A stretch of 64,000 nucleotides of DNA from Tubulanus polymorphus (Eukaryota > Animalia > Nemertea). How positions within the stretch are numbered: the first letter of the stretch is position 1; every line of letters starts with the position of its first letter. A program made the position numbers and the translations under genes. Positions 11,261 to 23,816 of the stretch are shown here, in pieces. Location of the stretch: positions 13,439,263 through 13,503,262 of the forward strand of contig NC_134028.1 in assembly GCF_964204645.1 (NCBI RefSeq), in the 5' to 3' direction. The notes beneath the pieces were generated by a model that ran no database searches, was not told the DNA's origin, and saw only the letters and a list, made by a program, of their open reading frames with translations.

Positions 11261-12921
11261 GAAAGACGAGTGTTAGTCACCTTGTGATTTAATTGTTTTT
11301 CATGCATCGATTAATTAATCTTATTATAACTTATTTGTAGGCGCTTCCCGCAAACATTTTCTATTCGTTGAGTTTTCAATCGCAGTACTGTTCAGATGAT
11401 TCGAGTCAAGTAGTAAAAAAGTTTATGTATTAGCATTACTATGCAGTGAAAATAACGCACTGCGGTAAGTGAGGTGATGCGATCCAGATGTGTAACCCAT
11501 TTATGGGTAATAAATTTCCATCATGTCAACGCCATTCAAAAAAAGTAGCAAAACTTTCTGCTGGTTTCTAGAAATAGCAATACGACGACAAGCACTTTCG
11601 AATTCGACCACGATATTTGAGAAGTTTCACTTGGGCAGTGGTGGTCAGTGATGGTCAATTTATGAATTTTAATGGCGAATCCTTTCTAGTTTCACACCAA
11701 ATGCGGTACCGGTATATCGTTCTTTCAAGAAGTTTCAATTGGTCAGTGGTGGTCAGTGATGGTCAATTTATGAATTTTCAATGGCGACTCCTTTCTAGTT
11801 TCACATCAAATGCGGTACCGGTATATCGTTCTTTCAAGAAGTTTCAATTGGTCAGTGGTGGTCAGTGATGGTCAATTTATTAATTTTCAATGGCGAATCC
11901 TTTCTAGTTTGACACCATAACGCGGCATATCGTTTTCATATTCGAGAAGTTTGAATTGGTCATTGGTGGTCAGTGATGGTCAGTGATGAATTTGCAATGA
12001 TGATTCCTTAGTAGTTTGAAAACAAACATTACATGATGAATTTCCGAATTTCGAAGTCAAGTGTTCAGACTCGGGAATATCTCAATTGGTCAGTTACTGA
12101 CCATCATGGTGTCATTATTGTGGTCTATAGCTCAAATGAAACGTGTGGAACCGACGAAGGGGCCCAAAAGCGTTAAGTCATTTCCTGGAGTGACGTGATC
12201 CAAAAATGCCCTAACTGGAAAAGGCAGTCTCTCAATTGGATGAAACCAAATCGGACAGGACAATTAAAATTTGGGAAGGTCACAGGCAGTGGTCTTTCTA
12301 CGAAGCCCACGCGGTGAGTGTATTATTATGAATTAAACCACCATGTACCACGAAGTAATAAGCATCGTTGTAAGCACTTGAAACAGCCATTCACCACTTG
12401 AAACTGTCAGATCAAACATCATACCGCATCCCCGCAAAGAGGGGTGGTTCAGCAAACCGGAGTTTTCATTGGCCTCTCTAGACTACCCCGCCAGTACGGG
12501 TAGCCGAGCAAACCGGAAAACTCATAATGTCACTAACCACCACCGCCCAAGTGAAACTTCTCGAATACCCTGGTCGAATTCGAAAGTGCTTGTCGTCGTA
12601 TTGTTATTTCTACAGCAGTATGTTTTGCTACTGTGAATGGCGTTGACAGGATGGAAATATATTACCCATAAATAGGTTACACATCTGGATCACTGCAACC
12701 TCACTTGCCGCAGTGCGTTATTTTCACTACATAGTAATGCTAATACATAAACCTTTTTACTACTTGACTCGAAGCTTGACTCGAATCATCTGAACAGTAC
12801 TGCGTTTGAAAACTCAACGAATAGAAAATGTTCGCCTACAAATAAGTTATGATGAGATTAAATCTATGGTTAATCGATGCTTAAAAACAATTAAATCACA
12901 AAATGACTAACACCCGACTTT
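11261..12921. mobile_element. Foldback-like structure: ~390-bp inverted arms (11261-11650 / 12530-12921) enclosing ~109-bp tandem repeats
   Basis: The arms are reverse complements. AGAAGTTTCAATTGGTCAGTGGTGGTCAGTGATGGTC units occur at ~11620, 11729, 11838 and 11946. Confidence 0.7.
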
Positions 12922-13043
12922 AGTAAATGGGAATTAGTTGTTTCATACCAAAGGTCGAAAGGTCGAAAAATAAATTCTCGCACACTCGAATTTATTTTTC
13001 GACCGTTCAACCTTTGATACAAAACAACTAATTCCCATATACT
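12922..13043. repeat. 122-bp palindrome with AGTA...TACT ends, related to the Polinton termini
   Basis: AGTAAATGGGAATTAGTTG...CAACTAATTCCCATATACT; shares the AAAGGTCGAA.GGTCGA motif with the A/C TIR. Confidence 0.65.
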
Positions 13044-13049
13044 TCTATA

Positions 13050-13420
13050 TAATCACAAGTCTCATAATTTACAAGCCTCAAACACGTTGAGTATTGCGTA
13101 ATGCATGTTGATTCTAGATGGTTCTAGATGGAGGATGGTTCTAGAAAACTACCAATCACAGTTGAGTATTACTCTATCCAATCACAGTTGAGTATCCCCA
13201 GTCAATCACAGTTAAGTATTACTCTTTCCAATCACAGTTGAGTATTCCAAGCCAATCACAGTTGAGTATTACTCTATCCAATCACAGTTGAGTATTCCAA
13301 GCCAATCACAGTTGAGTATTACTCTATCCAATCACAGTTGAGTATTACTCTATCCAATCACAGTTGAGTATTCCCTTTTACTCTATCCAATCACAAGCCT
13401 CATAATTTACAAGCCTCAAC
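13050..13420 (+). repeat. Tandem 24-26-bp repeats CCAATCACAGTTGAGTATT(ACTCTAT/CCAAG)
   Basis: About nine consecutive units, bracketed by two AATCACAAG(T/C)CTCATAATTTACAAGCCTCAA direct repeats. Confidence 0.9.
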
Positions 13421-14387
13421 ACGCAGCTGGGTTTTCCCCACTGTTGAGCATTATGAGAATGCCGGTTTGCTAGCGTATCTATTTAACACCCGTAATGCTC
13501 GGGTTAGTTTTACTATCAACGGGTGGCGCTGTATGTAAATTTCACATAAATCAACGATTTTCGGCTATTAGCGGTACTTAAGACCACTTGAAAACATCAT
13601 AGTCAATTACGGTAGTAGTGAACATAAAAAGATACAGTACAAAGATACAGTACGGTGTACAGTTAAGGACATGATTCCATAGCACCCATACCAGAGACAT
13701 TTTGTTCAGACAAGGACTATTAGTTAAACACTAATCTTCATTTTCAGCAATTAACGATCTGGTGAATTAATTAGTGATTCGGTCTTTCGGTGGTTCGAGA
13801 TAAAATGCCCACAAAATAAGAACCTAACGAACCAGGGCTGACCACAAATTGCCCAACAGATAAATTTTCGAAACGACACAATCCAATCATGTTTGGTATC
13901 AAATGTGGCGTGGACCATGGTCTTTTAACTTACCAATGCATGACCAGTACTGACCATATAGATAAATTATTTGATTGCAAACAATTAAGTTGTTTGGTGT
14001 CAAATAACTAGATATGATGTGGGCATTAATCTAAAAATTGTTTAACTGACCAATGCTTGACCAGTACAGACCAGTTACCAGTGCTAACCAGAACCCCCAT
14101 AAGTAATTTATATGTTTAGTGAATCCTTCGTTAGTACTACTAGCTCTTACATTTAAATCTGTCGCTTGAAAAAGTCTTGTCCGATTCTTGTTGTAGGTAG
14201 CGAAGTAACTTCGAAATTCCGCTAAAATGCATAAGATTTTTACGTAGGGTTTTGAACGAACAACGTTTCCATTTGTAATTGTAACGTGCGCATTTGAGCC
14301 TGTAACGTGCACATTTCACTCGCGTGAACGTGCGTATCGGCACCAACATGCGAAACTTGTCAAACTTTTACGATCAAGACTTTTAAA

Positions 14388-15441
14388 CTGAACAAAGAAG
14401 ATATCATATCATATTATATAAACATGAATAGATGGAATGATAATGTAGTAGTTTCAAATGTTTCGTAGCTGCTGTCCACTGACCACAGATCAAAGCTAAT
14501 TGCCTGATATGAAATATATTTTTCTTATAGAGATGTAGTAGATCAGTGAGGATTCAAACTTATGGTTAATTTTGAGTGATCACAGCGCTAACCAATAGAG
14601 AAAGCTGTAAGGCCTAAGAAAAGATGCATTAAGTCTAACATATCTTTCAATATAATGATGAAGTATTCAACTGGCCATTACAACAATAGTTTGACTTATC
14701 TTATTGAAAAATACCGGAGTGTTAATGGGAAAACATTGAATTCGAAACAATTCCACACTCAATCGTTTACTTTGAAAACACAATTTGCATTTTGTGGACA
14801 TGTATTTTTTTCTGCACCAAAAGCATGAAGTATATTATCTTTGCTTGTAAAAATTTGAAATTTTGGGGAAGATTTTTGGCCTCGTTAACCTGTGAGCACG
14901 TCCTTCATATATTTTCTAAGTCCGACCCTTGAAATAATGCTGAGAGTTTCGAGGATAATTTTGGTAGGATTTAAACTTAGGCTGCTTCGTATCCGCGGAG
15001 GGTTGCTAATTATTGATTCTATACACAATAATCATAAGTACCATGAGATTCGATAGAATATCGTTTTTCAATCATACGTACACGAATTATCGCGATATAA
15101 AGATAAATAATATGTTCATATACTTTTTACGTCTTATACTGTATATTTCATTAGTAGTATAAATAAAGAGTGGATCAGCAGGCCACCTGAGACCATTCCA
15201 CGATCTAAGGTCAGTTGTCAAAGTTTACCAGCGGATAGTTAACATTTATAATGACAATTAAATTTTCATTGCTAAAATAACTTAGTACTTGTTGACTCAA
15301 AAGCAAAGAATTGAAAATACGATAATACGATACGAAAACTCAGTGTACAAATTCAAAGAGATTATCTCTAGTGAGAGATCGAACGATGTGTCGTAATTTT
15401 CTAATGATAAAACATGGTTTGAAATTTGAAATGTGTACATA
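14388..15441 (+). repeat. ~1-kb interspersed repeat, copy 2, cut off by the left end of Polinton B
   Basis: Similarity to 7516-8552 stops at ATGTGTACATA, where AGTAATT begins. Confidence 0.9.
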
Positions 15442-15778
15442 AGTAATTAGAAGATGGCGTTTTCAGATCAGAGTACTAGAGTACTAGACACCACTCATCA
15501 CAGCTAGGCTCTAGTGAGAACGGACGATTGCTCTGTGACACACATATACAGTGAGTGCGCGTAACAACAACTGCGCGTGGATAGATCGATACAGTGAGTC
15601 TCTACTGAGAACGGTTATTAACGCGTGTGTTATTACTGTAGTACAGTGATTGCGTGTCAACTGTGCCCAGATAAATAGATGCTGTGAGGCTTGGGTGAGA
15701 ACGGTTAATAGCGTGTTTGTTATATACAGGGGGAAGTAATCCCCACTCATCACCACAAGTAATTTGTTTTCCTTATAA

Positions 15779-16104
15779 ATGGGAGATAGAAAAACATTCT
15801 TAGCAACAATAAATAACAGAATTAAACCAGCAAAAAACAATTTGAAATAAAAAAGTTAGTTGATGTTACAAAAGAAATTGAACATAAAATATTGAAATTA
15901 GAAAAGATAAAAACTAAATATGGAGAGAAAGTATCAGCGAATTTAAGCTACTGTAATGTTAGTACATCGCGAGAATTTAAAGTATTTTTACCTGATAAAT
16001 GGGTTTCATTGAGTACAGAGGAATTAAAAGATTTAGAAGGATTTAAAATAATCTATCATGGAAAAAATGAAGATGGCCATCATGATTTAGAAATTGTTGA
16101 TTAA
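15779..16104 (+). pseudogene. Small Polinton protein (KYG...FLP motif; possibly OB-fold ssDNA-binding)
   Basis: Homologous to 45403..45756. The TAAATG start at 15779 is followed by a premature stop. The OB-fold call is inference. Confidence 0.6.
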
Positions 16105-16264
16105 ATTTAAAAAAAATAAATTAATAAAAATAATGAATATCTGGAATCCGAAATGACTTATCTGGACAATTTAATTGCTCCGCATAGATTGACAAAAGTA
16201 GTGAGATGGTGCTGTATGGCACCCACATTGTGATATTCAATTAATATTCAATTAATTAAAAAAA

Positions 16265-16660
16265 TTATTTTTTTTGCTTTTTTTCTAAAATATTCATCCA
16301 TTTTTTTATTGTCATTTTTGGAATTTCAGAATTATTTTTATTTTTGATAGCAGTTGTTTCAGAATTATTAATATCATGAATTTTATTTGATTTCTTATAC
16401 CAATTACACCCAATCAAAATGAATGCAATTACAAATCCAACTGTAAAATATAAATATTTATCAAATATTCTATTATCAGAAAGAGTAGAAATAACAATAT
16501 TTTCACCATTTTTATTAACATTTTTATTACTTATTTTTTCTTTTACAGCTTTTTTATATTCTTGTGATTTAATTCCTAATTGCCGAGACCATTCAATTTG
16601 TTTCTGTGATCTCGGTTTTTTCTTCACAGTTAAATCCTTCACTTCTTCCACCTCGCTCAT
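16265..16660 (-). CDS. Single-TM basic protein (homolog of 3856..4245)
   Basis: KKKPRSQKQIEWSRQLG motif plus a hydrophobic helix. Confidence 0.7.
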   Translation of the reverse strand: MSEVEEVKDLTVKKKPRSQKQIEWSRQLGIKSQEYKKAVKEKISNKNVNKNGENIVISTLSDNRIFDKYLYFTVGFVIAFILIGCNWYKKSNKIHDINNSETTAIKNKNNSEIPKMTIKKWMNILEKKQKK

Positions 16661-16663
16661 TTA

Positions 16664-17197
16664 TTATAGAAAAATTTTTACTTTAATATTTGAAAATGTT
16701 ATAACCCCAGTTGATAATAATGTCATAAATCCACCTAAGTGAAATGATAAATATCCAATCCATTTATTTAATTCGGTCATAACTAAATAATCATTTTTTA
16801 AATCGGAATATAATCTATTTTCATCTTCAATTGGTAGTATAAAATTACATAATTTACTATAACCTTTTACTACATTTTCTGATATCGCGTCATTAATTCT
16901 AGCTGTTCTCGAGGCTTCATAAGTCTTAAATAATCTAATAATTTCATCTGATTTCATTGTATCTTATTCATTATAAGTTAAATTTTTACCGACAAAATTT
17001 TTACATTTTCCAGATGCTATTAATATTTCTAATTGATGTTTACAGTAAAGTTAATATTCATAATTATTATTTGTTGTAACATTATTTAAAGCACCATCAT
17101 CTGGAATTAATTTGTTTTCTGTTATTCCTAAATCATCTAAAGTTTTTTCAATTGGAACATCACCTTTTTTAGATTTTATTTTCTTTCCACCTACCAT
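16664..17197 (-). pseudogene. Homolog of 4238..4846, interrupted by stops
   Basis: LYSDLKNDYLVMTEL is shared; TAAATG start at 17197. Confidence 0.7.
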
Positions 17198-17227
17198 TTA
17201 TATAACAAAAAAATTAGTTGTGATGTT

Positions 17228-17500
17228 GCAACTAGAATTCAACTAGAACGTAACTAGAATTCAACTAGATTAACAAGCTAGTTGAAATATTGTTGTTTTT
17301 GTTTATATCTTGTTAAATCTAGTTGATTTTTGTTTCAACTACTAACAACTAGAATTCAACTAGAATGTAACTAGAATTAAACTAGATTAACAAGCTAGTT
17401 AAAATATTGTTAAATCTAGTTGATTTTTGTTCCAACTACCAATAACTAGAATTCAACTAGAACGTAACTAGAATTCAACTAGATTAACAAGCTAGTTGAA
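17228..17500 (+). repeat. Intergenic nested repeats (11-bp AACTAGAATTC subunits in three larger blocks)
   Basis: AACTAGAATTCAACTAGAACGTAACTAGAATTCAACTAGATTAACAAGCTAGTT occurs at ~17230, ~17347 and ~17443. Confidence 0.85.
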
Positions 17501-17501
17501 T

Positions 17502-18108
17502 TTAAATAAATTCATATTTAAATGGGTGTTGTAATCTAAATAGTAATTTTGATCTTTTAATATTTTTCAACTTATCCATATATTCATTATGTAAATCATG
17601 TGGAATAATATCATTTTCCTCAAGTGCATTTTTCATCGATTTTCTATCTTTATTGTAGAATAAAACTAGAAATCTAATGTTTTCTCTAAAGTCTTTAACA
17701 ATTGAATTATATTTTTGATTTAAAACCCAAGTTGTTATCCCAAAATGTCTACCAGAAAAAGCTAAATAACATAACTCACTCTCTCTAACTTTTGAATCAT
17801 GTAGATTAGCACAATCATCTATAATGAATAATGTATTTGATCCTTTAAATATCTATTGCTATTTTAATACAATTATCTAAATTTTCTTTTACTGTTTTAG
17901 GATCTAATATAATAAATTTATTATTTCTAGTAATATTTCTATCATAAGTTTGATTAAATTCATATGTTGGACAAAATAATACCATATTATCAAAATAGTT
18001 TTTATAAACAGTTTCTAATAAATTTAATATAAAATAAGTTTTTCCACAATTTGTTACACCAGAAATTAACATATTATGAAGCTCAAATATGAATAATTCC
18101 TTATTCAT
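17502..18108 (-). pseudogene. Packaging ATPase, copy B (premature stop at 17845)
   Basis: GVTNCGKT motif; downstream DNA matches the ATPase of copy A. Confidence 0.85.
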
Positions 18109-19223
18109 TTATATATTTTTAATTTTACTTGATAATATCCATTCATTGAATTTATCTGGCCATCCAACCCATTTTACTAAAGAATATTTTTTTCTTTTAA
18201 TAGTTTTTGTTTTTAATATTTTTTCAATTTTATATTCTTGTTCTAGATTTTCAGTAGTTAAACTCAATTCTTCTTCGTAAAAGTAGCCATCAACTTCTTC
18301 ACCATCTAAATCTTCTAATTTATAGACATATGGTTTTGTTGTTATTACCTTTTTTATTTTATATATTTCCCTAGTAAAATTTCGATCGTATCCTTTGTCA
18401 AATATCTTTTTATACTTAGAAATTCTAACATTTTGACCAACTTTAGGTTCACCAAAATCATCTCCAAGAAATGCTCCATATAAATAATTCCAAACAATTT
18501 CAGCATTTTCAGGTTTTCTAGCATCAATAGGTTTCATTCCAATAGAAGAATGATAAGAATTATTATATCCTTCTATCAATTTTGGTAAAACATCAATCCA
18601 TTTAAAAGTATTATTTGCTGTAAAATATTTCCACATTCTTGTTCTTAATGTTCTATTAAACAACTGCTGCTTTTTTATCCGATTTTGTTGAAAAATATTT
18701 AATATTATGATTATCTAAGAGTTCATGAACAAGTGAATTATCAAACTCTTTTCCATCATCAAATTGTATTTTTTTCTGGTTTTAGTTTATCATCCGAAAG
18801 AAATTTTCTTAAAACATTTGATGTTTGTACAGCATCTTTTCTATAAAGTGGGAAGCTCCATACATAACGACTAAAAATATCAATTATATTCAATAACCAC
18901 CAATAATCATCATTATCTTTCTTAACATTTTTCATATCAATTAAATCTCCTTGCCACTGTTGATCTACATAACTTACCATAGTTTTACGAGTTTTATATT
19001 TTCTAACAATTTTTTTATGTGTTGTGTATGTTGGTTGTTCTAACATAAATTCATTTATATCTTTATATTTAACTAAATTTTGTGGGATAATCTTATCTAA
19101 TCTATCTTGTTTTACTTGACGCCATATATTTTTAGTAGAAGAATAAGCAACCGAACTCTCAGGGTTGTAATATAAATTTCCTAAATATTGTTCTTTAGTA
19201 TTAGGAGTTTTTTTACCACCCAT
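18109..19223 (-). pseudogene. RVE integrase plus chromodomain, copy B (frameshifted, divergent allele)
   Basis: WQGDLIDM, IDIFSRY, FNRTLRTRMW and VKWVGWPDKFNEWI motifs. Confidence 0.9.
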
Positions 19224-19253
19224 TTATATATCCTTAATTTTAACTTTATATTT

Positions 19254-20504
19254 CTAATATTGAATACTATCTAATTGTGAATTTACAATATTTAATTGCG
19301 CGTCAGATATAATATAAATATGCATTTTGAAATTTAGGCTTCCTTTTTTCTTTGTCATGAATAATTGTATTCCATCTTTAGTGTTCTGTAGTTTTTTTCC
19401 AGAACCATGTAATGAATTATCCTCTGTTGTTCTAAAATCTAACCATAATGCATATTTATTGCCGGTATAATAATCAATTTGATTAATATTACAATTTTCA
19501 AATGATTTTACTTTTTCATTCATAAAATGTTTTCTAATTTCTGGCCACTGATCTATCAATCTCATTCCTTGACAAAATATTTTATTTGCTATTCCTTCGA
19601 TAGTTATTTCTACTTTTGTTATTTCAGGATTATAATAATTATCAACCTTTATTGCGCCATTAGAATATGTTGCAATGGTAAAAAATATTAATGTACCTTA
19701 ATAGATCTTCTTGGGAAGTTAATATTCTCATTAATTATTTCATCATTTGCATTAATAGTTACAGTTTTAAATTTATCAATATAATCAATCATATAATAAT
19801 AAAAATCCTTGATTGTATTGAGTTTGAATTGTGCTAGCAATATTTTCATTAGTTACTGTGTCATATTCTAAACATATATTCGATAATTTATAACCCATAT
19901 CTTTAACAACGCTAGATAATACAATTTCATTTACATGAGCAAATGTTATCTCAAATATAATATCTTCTTGAATTGCGTATTTATATAAAGGTGCATTATT
20001 ATTTATCAATTCAAAGTCTAATGGAATTTTATATTTGCTTCCATAAATCTTTTTAATCAAATTATCTGTGGCACGAGTTACTATTGCGTCATTAGCTCCT
20101 GATCTTAATTTATTATGGTTTTCCGATTGAATACCCTGAAATATCATATTATTTCTATTTTCTTTAGTTAACCATAAATCTTTATAATGCATAAATAAAT
20201 TATAATCATCTAATGAGAAAAATGTTTCTGGACCAATCTTTATAGTTAATTTTTTAATCAAATATCTCCCAACATTATCAACAACATAATTATTATCATG
20301 ACCAATAACTTTTATATCAGCTGATAAATAAATACTATTTGGAACATAAAAAGTATTTTGTGTTAATCTAGGAATTCTAACATATAAAGTTTCATCGGGA
20401 TTAATATTTGAAGGATTATGAGTAATTATATGATGTGATCTTTCTGCTTTAATAGCATTAGATATTCTAGAAATCTTAGAAGGACTTATATAACTCCCAC
20501 TCAT
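19254..20504 (-). pseudogene. Major capsid protein, copy B (frameshifted)
   Basis: ORFs 19785..20504 and 19254..19565 together give a ~415-aa beta-rich protein (HNPSNINPDETLYVRIPRL). Confidence 0.75.
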
Positions 20505-20524
20505 TTATTTAACAAAAAAATTAA

Positions 20525-21954
20525 TTATTTATTTTTAATCATATTCACTAACCCAAAAATAATAGCACTTACAACTGTAATTAAAAATAAAATAATATGT
20601 TCAGCAGCAAAGTTAAGAATATTCCCAGCAGATTTCAATATAAAACCAACAATTGATGCAATAACTCCGGGTAAAGCTGCAGCAGATTTTTTAGATAGTT
20701 CCCATAAATATTTTGCTAATTTCTTTAAACCATCTTTAACTTTATCTTGTATAGAATTATCATTCGGGGGTTTATCCGGTTTATTGGGAGTAGGAGTAGA
20801 TTTTAAAGCATTTGATAATGCTAAACCAATTGTTGTAAATAACATAGTTACAGCTGTTAGAATTGAAAGAATTGTTATTCCTTCTAATTTAAATAATAAC
20901 TTTATTCTATCTTTCAATGATATTTCAGAATTTGGTTTTATCAACAAATCTTTAAAAATAACTTTTAATCTATTTATATTATAATCGTATGATTTTAACA
21001 ATAATTTAATTTCTTCTTTTTGTAATTCTATGTTATATTCTAAATCATCAATTTCCTTTTCTAAATATGCATTTCTTTTTTTAAATTCAATTTCTTCAAT
21101 AACTTTATTATCTCTATCTAATTTTAATTGTTCTATTTCTTTATTTTTATCAGTTAATTCTTTTTCTAAAGTTCTAATTTTTAAATCTCTTATACTTTTA
21201 TCATGCGCAATTTTATCAGCTTCATTTCTTATACTAATCATTTCTCTTATTGCTTTATCAGAAAATATATTATTTAAATCTTCTAATTCTTGATCTGTTG
21301 CATCAATTAATCCATTCGGTAAAAGTTTTTCAGTTTGAACTTCACTTGAATTAGGTTTACTAGTTTTGGAATTATCAGCTTCTTTAGTAATTGTTTCTGG
21401 TTCTAAATTTTCATTAATTATCTTAAAAAAATAATCATTTCTTTTTTTAAATTCTCTTATATTAACATCTCTTTCTTCTTGTGTAACATCAGTTATAACA
21501 TCATTAATGATTTTCTTAATTCTATCTGGTTTTAATAAATTAAAAGTTGATTGTGTTATTATTTTATCGAGACTTTTATTAGAAGAAATCTTAAAATAAT
21601 AATCATCTTTCAAATGCCAATAATAATCACCATTTGAATATTTTAAATCTTCTACTAAATAATCCATACCTTTATTTGTTATATTGAAACCAGATTTTCT
21701 TAATATTGGTTTAAAATCACTAGCAATTTCATTATATTTAAATTTTTTTCTATTAATTCTGTTACTTCATTTTCAATACTTATCTTTGAACGTGTTTTAT
21801 CAATAAATTCAGGTGTAGTTAAATTAGAATTACTTCCTGGCTCATTACCGTCATTAAAACTTGTTTCACTAAAATCAGGTTGTTGTTCATCAGTTATGCC
21901 AGGTTCATCAAAATTATCCATTCCAATATCTTCTCCACCTCCTTCTACATCCAT
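20525..21954 (-). pseudogene. Acidic N-terminus / coiled-coil / C-terminal membrane-helix protein
   Basis: 380-aa ORF with a long coiled coil and 2-3 hydrophobic segments. ORF 21700..21954 is its frameshifted N-terminus. Confidence 0.7.
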
Positions 21955-21977
21955 TTATATATTAAAGAAATTAAAAT

Positions 21978-23345
21978 TTAAAATATAATGTTCCTCCTAT
22001 AACAATTCCTATACAAGTTAAAGCTAATTAAGTATTTTCATGGAATTTATTATCATTATCAGTTTTAATTATATCATGTTGAATATTATCAGTTTTAATA
22101 TTTTCTGTAGTATTTTAATCTTTTATTTTAGAATCATTATTTAATTTAATATTCTTAGTTTTAGTTTCTGTTGATTGAATATGTTTTTTATTTTTTTCAC
22201 CTTCCATTAATTTTGGAGCAGTGATAATCTTTTTATTTATATCATTTAATCCAAATGAATTATTTATTGTTGCAGTTTTAATTAGATTATTGTAACCAAT
22301 TATGTTTCCCATCTTTAGTACTAAATCATTAGAAATAATTAATAGATTAGGTCCTATACAATAATTTAATCTAATATGTGCTTTTGATATCTTACAATGT
22401 TTTCTGGAATCGATCTATTTTTATCATTATGAATGGAATCTTCAAATTAAACTTTGAATTGTTTCTGCGCATCGAATGAAGTGTTATCATTTCCAATTAT
22501 TGGGGATCTTGTTTCAACTTGCGCACCTAAAATACATATCAAATAAGTTCTAATAGATTGATTTATTCTTTGTATACCTGATTTTGTAAAACCTTCATTA
22601 TTTTCTAAAATGAAATAAACCCAACCATTATTGTTTTCTTGTTTTAAATTATCATAAAATGTCGGTAATTTATTGAAATTTAATGTTTCAAAATCCTTAG
22701 TTTCTATTTTACCATAACCTAATTTATTACTATAGATATTATACAAACTATTAGATGGTATGGGAAGTGCACAATATTCTGCAATCTTTTTAGGGCAAGG
22801 AAGTGATCTTATTGTTCCCTTTTTGTTCTAAAATCAGAATTATTTATATCTATATTAAATTCATTACAAATGTTATAAAACTTTGATAAATTAATTTTAT
22901 TATCTAATTCTTTAAAATACCTAGATCCTGGTAAAGCGCACTCTAATTCATTTAATATTATTCTGATTTGAAAGTATGTATGAAATCTAAATAAACTTTG
23001 AATTAATTTATATTTAGAATTATTCAAATGATCATTCCAACTAATTCCACATCCTGTTGTTGCACAATAAACAGCAAAATTTAATTGGTTCTGCCAATAC
23101 TTCATATTAGATTTTAATAACCATTGTTTTTCATCTTTCAATTTTTTAAAATTAATTAAATATACATGAAATATATTTTCCATCTTTGCATTAAAATTAT
23201 TAGTTTCAGTAACATAAATTTCTAAATTAGTTAATGAATCTAAAACTTCATTTCTATATGTAATATCTTTATTAAAATATATTGCTGGAATATTATATTT
23301 AATTGATTTATTATATTGGAAAGCTTTTGGAAAACCATCTACCAT
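21978..23345 (-). pseudogene. Conserved Polinton protein (WQNQLNFAVYCATTGCG motif) with C-terminal TM helix, fragmented
   Basis: Three ORF pieces collinear with 41823..43118. Confidence 0.7.
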
Positions 23346-23373
23346 TTATTTAATTAAAAAATTAATAATTTAT

Positions 23374-23796
23374 TTATTCTTTTAATAATTTATCTTGTTC
23401 TTCAACTGTGATATGACCATTTAAACTTATTATATAATCTAATGTATTCTTTAATTTATTAATTTCTTTAATATTAGTTTTAATTTTTTCTTGATTACTT
23501 TTTATATTTAATTTTGAACTTATACCAGTTAAAACACTTGAACTTAATCCTAATACACCAATTGATATAGCTAAAGGTGTTAATGGACTGAATATTGCTA
23601 GAAATGTTATTACAGAACTAATTGTAACCGAACCACTGATAATAAGATAATATATAATTTTACTTTTTAAATATTTTTTCTTTTTCATCTTTAAGTCACT
23701 TTCAAATTCTAATATTTGTTTTTCTAAATATATTTTTAATTTAGTTTTATTTATATCATGAGGAATAATATCAATACTATCAACTTTATCTTCCAT
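23374..23796 (-). CDS. Two-TM-helix protein
   Basis: Two adjacent hydrophobic helices; near-identical to 43135..43569. Confidence 0.75.
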   Translation of the reverse strand: MEDKVDSIDIIPHDINKTKLKIYLEKQILEFESDLKMKKKKYLKSKIIYYLIISGSVTISSVITFLAIFSPLTPLAISIGVLGLSSSVLTGISSKLNIKSNQEKIKTNIKEINKLKNTLDYIISLNGHITVEEQDKLLKE

Positions 23797-23816
23797 TTAT
23801 TTAGAAAAAAAAATTA

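Noticed and set aside
13150-13400. Possible CRISPR array
   Set aside because: Head-to-tail 24-26-bp units with only 5-7-bp recurring linkers.
7516-15441. Short ORFs (8792, 10085, 10820, 11617, 14031, 14140) as host genes
   Set aside because: No recognisable domains or exon structure; they lie in or among repeats.
23374-23796. SLATT-type defence effector call for the two-TM protein
   Set aside because: Only topology supports it, and the context is a virion gene block.
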